64,000 nt of DNA from Azolla caroliniana (taxonomy: Eukaryota > Plantae > Polypodiophyta), in NCBI GenBank assembly GCA_043228905.1, contig JBHGNT010000002.1:8928001-8992000 (forward strand), written 5' to 3'. A model generated the notes under the pieces. That model was given only the letters and a program-made list of their open reading frames with translations, was not told the origin of the DNA and searched no databases. Made by a program: the position numbers and the translations under genes. Below, piece after piece: positions 37,584-48,311 of this stretch (positions within the stretch are counted from its first letter, which is position 1; each line of letters opens with the position of its first letter).

Positions 37584-40440
37584 TACTTGTAACTCTTCGC
37601 CGTACTACCCTTAACCATTCTATCATCACCATACAAGCCTTATTAAAAGTTAAGTTTCTTCAACTCCCCTTAACCTTAGTCCCCGCGACTTCGCCGCACG
37701 AACCACAACTACCCCGACACCGGTTCCGTCCGGCCCGATTCGGTCGCCATCACCGGTCTGGTTCCCGCCCAATTGGTTCTGTCGTTGATTCCGTTTCGTC
37801 GCCAACGGGTTCTAGTTCTGTTCCATCATCGATTTGGTCGGTTGTCGACTCCTAGTTGCCGGTTCCCGTTTGCCAGTTGTCGGCTCTATCGCCGGCCAGT
37901 TCCTGTTCCATTGTCGACCAGTTCAGGCAACTTGGCCACATCTGTCCATTTGGACAAAATGGCCCAAGTCGAACTATTCCATTTGTGCTCTCAACACATA
38001 AATAAAGACTAATGGTTCTCAATCTACTTATATAGTTGGATCCTAAAGTTTCCTATCTATGTGGGATATTTCATAATTCTATTTTCCCTATCTTCTCAAA
38101 CTTCATATTCACATAACTTGATATGTAATTGTCCATTTTATATGTAGTAAAATGCATTTTGAAGCTCTTAAAGATTTCTATCTTTTTATACCAAGCGACT
38201 AATCTAATCTAAAGTAATTATTTCATTATTTTTTTACATTGGGTGAAGAATCACACAACATTCGCCCCCACCAAACTTGCACATCCACCGATATGTGCCA
38301 ATTTTGGTGACGCTCCTGTTTTGATTACTTTACTTTTTCATCGATGTAACTGAACCACCATTGCCATCCGATCCACCATATTCTTCGTTCACTCTTTGTA
38401 GTTCCATGATCGATTTTCATGGCTCTCTTTGCTCCTCTTGAGCATAATACTTCACGCCTTGTGCATGTGCCATCTTCGTCTCGGCCATCTCCTTGGTCAT
38501 TGTTCACTCTTTCCTTCCTTGGGCTTATGTCATTATTTGTATTGTCTTGGTCCTTCTCTTCCTCTTCACCACCATCTGTCTCTTGGGTCTCACGTTGGTT
38601 CCCATACCCAACTACCAAAGTGTCTAGATGAAGTGTTAGGAAAGCGTCTGCATGGTTTTTTACCATCACATCGTTCATATCCATCTTCACCTTGATGTAT
38701 TTATTCTCATTGTCTTTAATCTTTGCTACTTTGCCACTCTCCGTCTCTTGGGTCTCACGTTGGCTTTTGGATGCAACTGCCCAAGTCTCCGAAACATGTG
38801 TCAAGAATTTCTCATCTTTATTGGCTTTTGCCTTTGTCATGTTGTCCATAGACATCTCCTTGGCTATCTCTTTGTCGGTCGCATTAGCTTCAACCCTTGC
38901 TTGCTCGCCACCACTGTCCTTCTCTTGGGTCTTACATTAGTTAATGCCCAAGTCTCTCAAACGTTTTCATAGTTTGTCTTTGTCGTGCCAGCCTTAGCGG
39001 CTTCCACCTTATGGTTGTCCACATTGGCTTTGACCTTTGTTTCTTCGCCGCCACCTTTTGTCTCTTGGGTCTTACATTGGTTAATGCCCAAGTGTCAAGA
39101 ACCTTTGTGGGGAAATTCTCTTCATGATCGTCATCTACCCTCTTTGGCTTGACGTCTCCTTCTTCCTCGCATGTGTTAGCTTCGGCCTTCACTTCCTTGC
39201 CGCCACCTTCCGTCTCTTGGGTCTTACGTTTGCTTTCTGATGCATCTGCCCAAGTCTCTAGAACAAGTGTGGAGAAAATCTTGACACTGCCATCCACCAT
39301 TGACTCGTTCATAGAATCATAGCCACCTCTGACTTGGTGTCATTTTTCGTGGCTATCTCCTCAATCATGTCGGCCTCACACTTTTTATCTCCCTTGATCA
39401 TGCAAGCTTTGCTCATGCTTGCACTTTCATTACTTGATGTTTCAGACACGATGCGTGTTCCGAAACATTTGTCCTCGCTTGAAGTGGCATTCGCCACCCT
39501 CGATTCATTGGTTTCATTCTTCATCATTGTTTCTTTGCAAGATGAGAAGGTGTCTTGTTCCACACCTTCTCCCGTGGTGCTATCGTACCGGACTTGGACC
39601 TTTGTATTGGCCGTATCATTACTCCACCTTTGTTGGGAAGTCTCTTCTTCCTTGATAACCATTTTGATCAGTTTTGGTTCCATTATAAGAGTCTCTTTGG
39701 CCTCGACTTGCACCTTTAAATTCTCATATGCCTCGTTTATGAAGGCCTCTATGTCGAGTACCATCGAACCTTCCCTCTTCAAGCTCTCTTCTTAAGGTGG
39801 TAGTTTGTAGTTGCTTCCTATCCTCCTTTCACCATCCCTCATGGGTTGTGTTGTCGTCGATGAGAATCTTGTCTTCCTCTTATCATGTAGTTGACATACT
39901 CTTTCCACTTTCGTCCAATCCTCGGTGAGGCCATTTGCACCATCATCATCCTCAAGTCGGATTCCAATGGCCTTCCTTTCCTTCCGATCGATTCACTTCA
40001 CAAACATTAGGACCTTTTCCACACCCACCATCTTTGATCCTGCTCCGAGAGTTGTGCAAAGCGACACTCGAACTCAATGAAAGCATGCATGGCACTTTGG
40101 TGGGTCTTTAATGATGATACCCATTGGTCGAACTCGTATAGGCTGCATCTCTTTGGCTCTTTGTATCTATATGCCTCCATAAGATATCCTCCCGTCGCCT
40201 CGTTTCACGACGGGTTCACCAAAGATGTCGCGAAAGTACGACAAGGATACGTGAACTTGAGGCAATTCCCCGGGGCCTCCGACTAGAGGACATCATATTC
40301 GTGCGTTTATACTTTTAACAATTAACAGAAACGAGAAAATTCAGTAATTTTTCATTAGCAAAGGAAAACAAAAATTACAATCAATCCTAAGATTGGGATT
40401 ACAGAAGTTTAGGTTTAAAGAGATTAATAGATAAAAAAAA

Positions 40441-40720
40441 ATAGGGGTTTTTAGAGATATGGCTTCCGTAAGGAAAATTAAGGTTTTTGGGTCATATGGC
40501 TTCCGTAAGAAAATTTAGGGTTTTTGAGAGATATGGCTTTCATAAGGAAATTAGGGTTTATGGCTTCCGTAAGGAAATTAGGCGTTTTGAGAGATATGGC
40601 TTCCGTAAGGAAATTAGGGTTTTTGAGAGATATGGCTTTCGTAAGGAAATTAGGGTTTTTGAGAGATATGCCTTCCGTAAGGAAATTAGGGTTTATGGCT
40701 TTCGTAAGGAAATTAGGGTC
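40441..40720. repeat. Tandem array of ~28-37-bp units in LTR
   Basis: About 8 copies of (GAGAT)ATGGCTTCCGTAAGGAAATTAGGGTTT(TTGA). Confidence 0.92.
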
Positions 40721-43700
40721 TTTTTATTCTCCCCCCAAAAGATGGTTTCGATCCCCTAAGGCCCATTCTTCTCTATGGATCATCGAGAGCTAGCTTTTCT
40801 CCTCCCTTCTCGCACTTGCATGAAGGAACTTCAGTTTCCATCTTCAGTTCAATTGCATCCACATGACCTTTACTTTACATAAAGTTTGACTTTAGTTGCA
40901 TACGTTCACATAACCTTTACTTTAGTTCGCCACATGATCCGTTTGGTTGCATCTAGCCCGTTCCGTCCGGTCCAGTTCCAGTTCCGTTCGGCCAGATCCG
41001 TCAGCCCCGGTTTCATCCGGCCCGATTCGATTGTCGTCCGGTTCCGTCCAGCCCGGTTTGATCGCCATCACCGGTCCAATTCCCTCCCGATTGGTTCCAT
41101 CGCAAGTTTCGCTCCCTCATCGGTTCCCGGCTTCATCGCCGGTACCGTCGCCAATCGGTTCTAGTTTTGTTCCGTCACCGGTTCAGTCGGTTGCCGGTTG
41201 TCGGCTCTGTCACCAACCAGTTCTTATTCCATGGCCGGCCGGTTCGAGTTCCATCGTCGACCAGTTCAGGCAACTTAGCCACCTCTGGCCCAAGTCTAAC
41301 CATTCCTTTTGTGCTCTCAACACATAGATGAAGACTAATGGTTCTCAATCTACTTATATAGCTAGATCCTAAAGTTTCCTATCTATGTGGGATATTTTAT
41401 AATTCTATTTTCCCTATTTTCTTAAACTTCATATTCACATAACTTGATATGTAGTAGTCCATTTTATATGTAGTGAAGCTCTCTTAAAGATGTCTATCTT
41501 TTTATACCAAAACACTAATCTAATCTAAAATAATTATTTCATTATTTTTTTACATAGTGTGTGAAGAATCACACGATAGCGTTGGTCTTCACTTGGTGGG
41601 TAGCTGACGTGGAGAACCGATCAAGATACGAAGTAAAGACACTCTAATCCGACAACAAAGGAGAATACACCCCCTGAGCCTTCAAACAATACCTGTGCGA
41701 CAAAGGGATTAGACACCGAAAGACCGTTGTCGTGCCTTTCGGCGAATCATTGCGTGAGTCGGGTTGGAACCACTAAGGTTTTGGACTAGGAGAAAGAAGA
41801 ATACAATATAATGTTAGTTATGAATAGGTATAAAGAGAAGTAAGAAATAAAAACTTATGAATCCCACATTTTTAGTGTATTTAATCAATATTTATATGGT
41901 AAGGAAGAGAATTTTTATGATAAACTCGTGAATTCCACGAATATATTAGATTGATCAATCCTTGTGAAATAATAAACTACATCATACATCTTTCTCTCCT
42001 CATATAAGGATGGAAGAGGCTAAGCATAGCTTCATGCTTTTTCTAAAGTGTTCATGCACACTAAATGTGCATGAGTTGCTTTTTACACTATGCTTTTATT
42101 TCCTAAATATAGTGCTCATGCTCGCTAGATGTGCACGAGTAATTTTTTATCGATGTACATTTTTTTTATAAGTATTCACACATTCTAAAAATGCATGACT
42201 TACCTTTTAATAAAGGTAGGCGTAAATAAAGGTCTTATATGTATTAAATCTATATTTAGAACTCTTAGGATAAGTTAGTACAATGGTAAGATTGGGGTCT
42301 ATTTATGTGAAGGTAGAGGGTTGGAATTTTGCCCTGTGCATGTAACAACCTTTTCTTCTATTTATAAATTTGTCTCTTCATCTGGTGAGAGACTCTCACC
42401 AGCCTTCTTTATCCGGTTCTTGTCAGTTATGCTTGATACGGTTCTTACCGGGTCTCCTTACCGGTTCCTCCTTACCGTTTCTCATCAGCTCTCACCTGCT
42501 CTCACCTGCCTTCTTCATTCAGTTCTTGCTGGGTCTCCATGTCCCATCCGGAGGCACCAAAAATGCAATTTTCTCAGAGTGTGCGATTTACACTACGACA
42601 CTCGCCCCCTCCAAACCTGCACATCCTCTGGTATGTGTCGATGTTCCTGATGCTCATTATTCGCCTTCATCCGTAGCACTCTCTGATTCTCCCCTTATGT
42701 CGACTACGAGTTGAAGTCCACTTTCTTCGCTTTCCACATCACCGCGACCTTTGTCCGGTTGCTCCTCGTTGTCGGTCTTGTCTAGGGTTACAAAGGGTTT
42801 GTCGTCAATCCGCTTCTTGAAGATCTTTACCCGTTTCCCCGCTATTGACACTCGTAGTATCATCCTATCCAACTCACATAGTCGGTAAGTTCCGTTGTCG
42901 AAAACTTTCCGAAGCTCATATGGCCCGAACCACCTTTTCGCGAACTTCCGTATCATTGTATGTTTATGATCAAAACTACTGTCATAGACAATCACCCAAT
43001 CTCCTTCTTCAATCTTTCATGGTCGTAATCGGTGCTTTGTGTCAAACCGGCTTTTGTTCCGGAATCGCGCTTCTTGTTGCCGGCGTGTTGCTTCCGCTAT
43101 GTCTTCCGGTCTTCCCTCTAGTTTTCGTATCCGGACCACTAGTAGTTCTTCCCGGCTCATCTCTTCCTTCCACGGTAGCATTGTCCATGTCACGATCGCG
43201 GCTTCCATCGGCATTACCGGTGATTGTCCGGTCATAAGTTCTGTCGGCATATAACCGGTTATAGAGCTATGCGTCGTCCGATCCGCCCATAGTGCATATG
43301 GGAGCATCTGCGACCAATCCTTCACCCTTCCTTCGCATGCTTTGGCAAGTGCTTTGACGATCAGACTATGTCCTCGTTCGATTTTCCCGTTGGCCTCCGG
43401 ATTGTATGTCGTTGTTAGTGTTAACCGAACTCCATGTTTGGTGAAGAATTCCCTAGCTTTATCAGAGTCGAGTTCTCCCCGATCCACAATCACTTGTCCT
43501 ACACACCCGTACCTGCAAAACACCTCCTCCAAAAGAAATTGGCATACCGCAGAACACGTTTTCCTTCGTAGCACCCGACCTTCTACTTGATTTGTGAGAT
43601 CTTCTCGAGCTAACACCAAGTACTTCTTTTGTCTAATCCCGGTTGGCATGGCTACAATGTCGACCATCCATTTAAAGTTGATTGTCAGTGAGAATGTCAG

Positions 43701-45763
43701 ATGTAACTCATCTCGGTGTCGAACTCCAGAGTAGATTTGACACTTCTCGTAGCTTTCCGTGAACTCCACTATATCTTTGTACATATTCTTCCGCCAATAT
43801 TTTTGTTTGATTTTCACAAAAGTTGCTCATGTTGTTCCAACATCCCACAGAATTGTTCTTCTTCATTTTGTAAAAGGAAACCACCTCCCCCGATCCGAAG
43901 TTTCTTCCAGGTCTCATCCATGAAGGCATGTCCGATATCCACGGACTTCCGAAGTGTCAGATCTCCCGAGACTTCTTTCCTCTTTTGCTCGCTATTGGCG
44001 GGTAACGGACCCGCGGCCGGTTTCACTTTTTTCTCCACGGTCTTGTATTTCGTACTTACCATTGCTTCTTCTTTGTGGAGCGCATCCAGCCCCATTTTCA
44101 CAATGATCTCGTACATCTCGACCGATTCCACCGGGACTACCCGGTCTCCTTGGCTTTTATCCTCCAAAAGCTCTTCAAGCCATTGTAGTGTGCTGCCATA
44201 GAACACTTCTTCGACTACCCCCACAATTTCTTCGTCCTCTTTTATTATTGATGCCGACCGCAACTTATCCTCTACTTTTCGGTATTCTTTCTTCTTTCCT
44301 CCAGTTACGGCCATGTACGTAGATGCCCCATCCGGACTGATTCGTACTTGTTTTGCTTCGAGAGTTTTCTTCCTGTGTGGGGTATCAGGGCTTCTCGGAC
44401 TATCACTTCCCCACTCCGCAACAATCCACTCTATACTCCATCCTTGTTTGGGACAAGAGCTCTGTCTTGTTCGTTTCATGATTTGCTGGCATAGTTAGGA
44501 ATTGGACGGATTTCCCTCCGCTTTGGCTCTGAATTCGTGCGAAAGCCGCACCTCTATCGAGCACCTTTGTCTCCATCCGTGAAGCTGTGATAAAGGGTTG
44601 CCCAGGGATCACGGAATGTGAGACCTCACCTTGTACGAAGAAATTTTGGTCGATCTCGACATCCCCGATCTTCACCGTCACATTCGGACAAGCCGCAAAT
44701 AGATCTTTCGTTGCTTTAGTGGTTTCCTTGATCTTGCATCCATGGTTAATGTTTATAGACCACTTCCCCTTCCCGGTAGAACTCCTTGGACATCAAATTG
44801 ATCTCCGATATGTGAACAATCAATGCTAGCACGGGCTCTTTGATGTTGCCGATTCGGACTGGAGTCTCCGTAGTTGCACGTGCCTAGTGTGGCCTTGTCT
44901 AGTGGGAGTTCGGAATTTCGTCCTCCACTTCGGTGTCATTCATTAAAATCGTATTTGCATTCACCCTTGGAGCATTTTCCTCCGTACTTTGTCTTTTTCG
45001 CTTCACGAGATCCACAAGAAGATCGTGGAACTCCTTTTTCGCAATTCCGAGTAATTCCCGAAGCTTTCGAGAGTCCATTGAATGAATCTGATTTCCCTCG
45101 TAGTAGATAAGATCTCGTCGTAACGCCTCCTTGTGCTCGTCGCAATCTATCTCCTTCAGCAACTGCTCCACTGTGGTTGCGTCGATTCCCTTCTTGGTCG
45201 TAGTCTCCCAAGCCCGCGGTTCATGGTCTTCCAGTTCGGATCTTGGTTTCGGAATCGGTTTCGAAACCCTCTTTTCTTCATTAGCCAGCCATTGCCCCCT
45301 CTTCATGTATCGCGCAACGATATCCCAGACTCTTTCCTATGTTTCGGTGAGGCCACTCTTAGTGGTCGTGTCCTCCAAAAGCACTCCAAGATCTTTCCGG
45401 TCCCGGATGTGCACGGCTCGTAGGAACATGATCACTTTGTTAGGTGCGAGGATACCTTGATCTCTCGCAGACAACCTCCCGAACCGACTTTCGAATGACG
45501 AAAACACATCGAGGACCTTCATCCCCTTATCTGGTGTTCCCACCCAATCTTCGAATCCCCTCCTCGTTGCCTTGGAGGAGTCCTTGATAGCAAACGTGGT
45601 CTTTAGCGCCTCTTCAAATGCCTCCCACGTCGAATTTTGCTGCCATATCCCGTGGATACTCCCTTGAAGCCCGTCGGTCGCCACCCGGTTGAAGGATGTC
45701 ACTTGCAGTCCTTTCGAAATCCCGCACTATAGCATTTCCGCCTTGTAATCTCGCAAATACCGT

Positions 45764-46532
45764 TGTCGTGCCTTTCGGCGTCAGATCATTTGCGTGAGTC
45801 GGGTGGGAACCACTAGGGTTTTGGACTAGGAAGAGGAAGAATTTGAGACGATTTTAATTATGAATAGATTATTATAAACTTGCGAATCCCACAAGTATAA
45901 TATATTTTATTAATTAGTGTTTAGATAAGAATATGTATTTAGATTAAAAGAAATATATAAGAAACTTGTGAATCCCACAAGTATAGATTATATTATTTTC
46001 GTGAATCCCACGATTATATTAATTGGTTGGTGTTTTCAGAAATATATCCAATTTCCAAGTATTTCACACCCCTATTACATTCTACGCCCCATCCTTATAT
46101 GGTGATGAGAGAGTCTTCACAATCCATGCTTCTTTTCTTTTCTTTTTTTCTAACTATAGACTCCATGCTTATCCTATAGATAGACTATGTGCTTTATCTA
46201 AAGTGATCATGCTTTTTCTATCTTGGCGTTTTTTATCGACTATAGCGTTCATGCACGCTAGATATGCATGCGTAGCTTTTTCTTTTAGCTTGCATTTTTT
46301 TAACTAAAGTTTATCTTACGTGAACTTAACTTTCTATGTGGGACATCTACTTTTTAACATTAATGAAATGCTAGTGTAATGGTAAGGTTTCACATTATTA
46401 ACATGGAGGTGTAAGGTTCGAATCTTGCCCTATGCATGTATGATTTATTTTGACATTTTCTTCTATTTCTTCATATTTACTAAAACGTTACTTTATAAGT
46501 TTTTCATGTAGTGTACGAAATACACTACGACA
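45764..46532 (-). mobile_element. Solo LTR of a sister subfamily inserted in gag; TSD CCGT/CCGC
   Basis: TGTCGTGCCTTTCGGCG...CACTACGACA; removal restores GKDVSRYLRDYKAEM. Confidence 0.92.
46372..46430 (+). promoter_or_regulatory. tRNA-like A-box/B-box module in LTR U3 (antisense to element)
   Basis: TAGTGTAATGG (46372) and GGTTCGAATCT (46415); equivalents at 42276-42329 and 47274-47327. Confidence 0.65.
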
Positions 46533-46694
46533 CCGCGACACATCTTTCCCATTGAATTGCCCGTTCCATTGCACGAGCCACTCTACTGCCGCCGCAATCT
46601 CCGACATCACGCGTTGTTCTTGTAGCATCCACTCGAACATCGCCATCATGTTGTTAGCCTCTAGTTGAATTTCCATTTCCTTGCCACCCGGTTG

Positions 46695-46710
46695 CACGTC
46701 GGGTTCACCA
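46695..46710 (-). promoter_or_regulatory. Primer-binding site complementary to tRNA-Trp
   Basis: Plus strand CACGTCGGGTTCACCA equals the last 16 nt of plant cytosolic tRNA-Trp(CCA) as recalled; 4 nt from the LTR. Confidence 0.85.
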
Positions 46711-47652
46711 CTTGTGTCTTGCCTTTCGGCGTCGGATCGTTGCGTGAGTCGGGTGGGAACCACTAAGGTTTTGGACTAGGAGAAAGAAGAATACAATATA
46801 AGGCTAGTTATGAATAGGTAGAAAGAGAAGTAAGAAATAAAAACTTATGAATCCCACGTTTTTAGTGTATTTAATCAATATTTATATGGTAAAGAAGAGA
46901 ATTTTTATGATAAACTCGTGAATCCCATGAATATATTAGATTGATCAATCCTTGTAAAATAATTAACAACATCATACATCTTTCTCTCCTCCTTATATAA
47001 GGATGGAAGAGGCTAAGCATAGCTTCATGCTTTTTCTAAAGTGTTCATGCACACTAAATGTGCATGAGTTGCTTTTTACACTATGCTTTTATTTCCTAAA
47101 TATAGTGCTCATGCTCGCTAGATGTGCACGAGTAATTTTTTATTGGTGTACATTTTTCTTATAAGTAAAGTATTCGCACATTCTAAAAATGCATGACTTA
47201 CCTTTTAATAAAGGTAGGCGTAAATTAAGGTCTTATACGTATTAAATCTATATTTAGATCACTTAGGATAAGTTAGTACAATGTTAAGGTTGGGGTTTGT
47301 TTATGTGGAGGTATAAGGTTCGAATCTTGCCTTATGCATGTAACAATCTTTTCTTCTATTTATAAATTTGTCTCTTCATCCGGTGAGAGACTCTCACCGA
47401 CCTTCTTTATCCGGTTCTTGCCGGTTCTGCTTGATCCGGTTCTTACTAGGTCCTCCTTACCGGTTCCTCCTTACCGTTTCTCACCGACTCTCACCAGCCT
47501 TCTTCATCCGGTTCTCACGGGGTACTCTTCATCCGGTTCTTGCCGGGTCTCCATGTCCCATCCGGAGGGACCAAAAATGCAATTTTCTCATATGCAATTT
47601 ACACTACGACACCGTTCCTTATACACCCACACAAAATGGAATAGCAAAACGA

Positions 47653-48311
47653 TGTCGTGATATGGCATGTTTAATGCGAGAAAAAGTGAAAAATTGAGGA
47701 TACATGCACATTACAGAAATACTTCTAAAAATTAAAATAAATCAATAATAAATAATCCAAGGGCTTAATGGCATTGAGTGCATATAGAGAGGTGCACGTA
47801 AGATTTGAACCTTGTACCTCCAAGATAAGAGGCAATTAACTTACCACTAAAGCTACTACCAACTACTTTAGATTTTCTATATTTTCTTGTCATAGTATTC
47901 CATAGGAAAAAAATGTAAAAAAAACAGTGTGCATAAAACCATGGTTTTAAGCCTATGGTTTTGTGCATGTCTTAAGCAAAACCGTGTGCACAAAACCATG
48001 GTTTTGTGCATGTGACAAGCATGGAGATACCTATAAAAGCCTCTAGTTGGGCTTGTGTAAAGGGGGATCAATTTGGAGATCGAGATCATCATCATCATCA
48101 TCATCATCAATAATACAATATTCTTCTTGACATCTATCTTTTTCTTGAGTATAAAAATATTTGTTCTTTTCAAATGTGATATTGGTTTCCTGACTCGTAC
48201 ATACGCATCGTCGTCTTAATCTCCCACTTCCTCACCTCTTCTGTCTCCTTGGTCCGTGGCCCCAGTGGTCCTGCTTGTACGAAGCACGCACGCACGCGCA
48301 TCTTCGCGACA
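47653..48311. mobile_element. Solo LTR, TSD ACGA/ACGG, in Copia integrase
   Basis: Homologous to 12764-13384; removal restores GIAKRINRT. Confidence 0.9.

Larger units (their letters stand above)
36767..37719. mobile_element. Solo LTR with 4-bp TSD CCGG and three tRNA-like modules
   Basis: TGTCGTG...CCGACA, CCGG on both sides; shares segments with LTR 29528-30549. Confidence 0.88.
36490..41578 (-). mobile_element. Non-autonomous tRNA-Trp-primed LTR element (5' LTR 40226-41578; 3' LTR ~36490-38260, truncated and interrupted)
   Basis: 36500-36765 and 37720-38260 repeat 40720-41578; PBS at 40206-40221; PPT at 38261-38272; gag remnant plus repetitive ORFs; no pol motifs seen. Confidence 0.85.
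41728..47611 (-). mobile_element. Two-LTR tRNA-Trp-primed Ty3/Gypsy lacking RT/RNase H; 4-bp TSD CCGT
   Basis: LTRs 46715-47611 and 41728-42600; PPT GGAGGGGGCGAG; gag (QFNGKDVSRY), PR, integrase (ORF 43017-43817, YNPEANGKIERGH; GPY motif; acidic tail, no chromodomain); CCGT on both flanks. Confidence 0.93.

Noticed and set aside
40441-40720. Interstitial telomere
   Set aside because: Single TTAGGGTTT motifs per unit, not tandem TTTAGGG arrays.
40487-40793. Repeat proteins such as (VFERYGFRKEIR)n
   Set aside because: By-product of a 36-bp tandem repeat inside an LTR.
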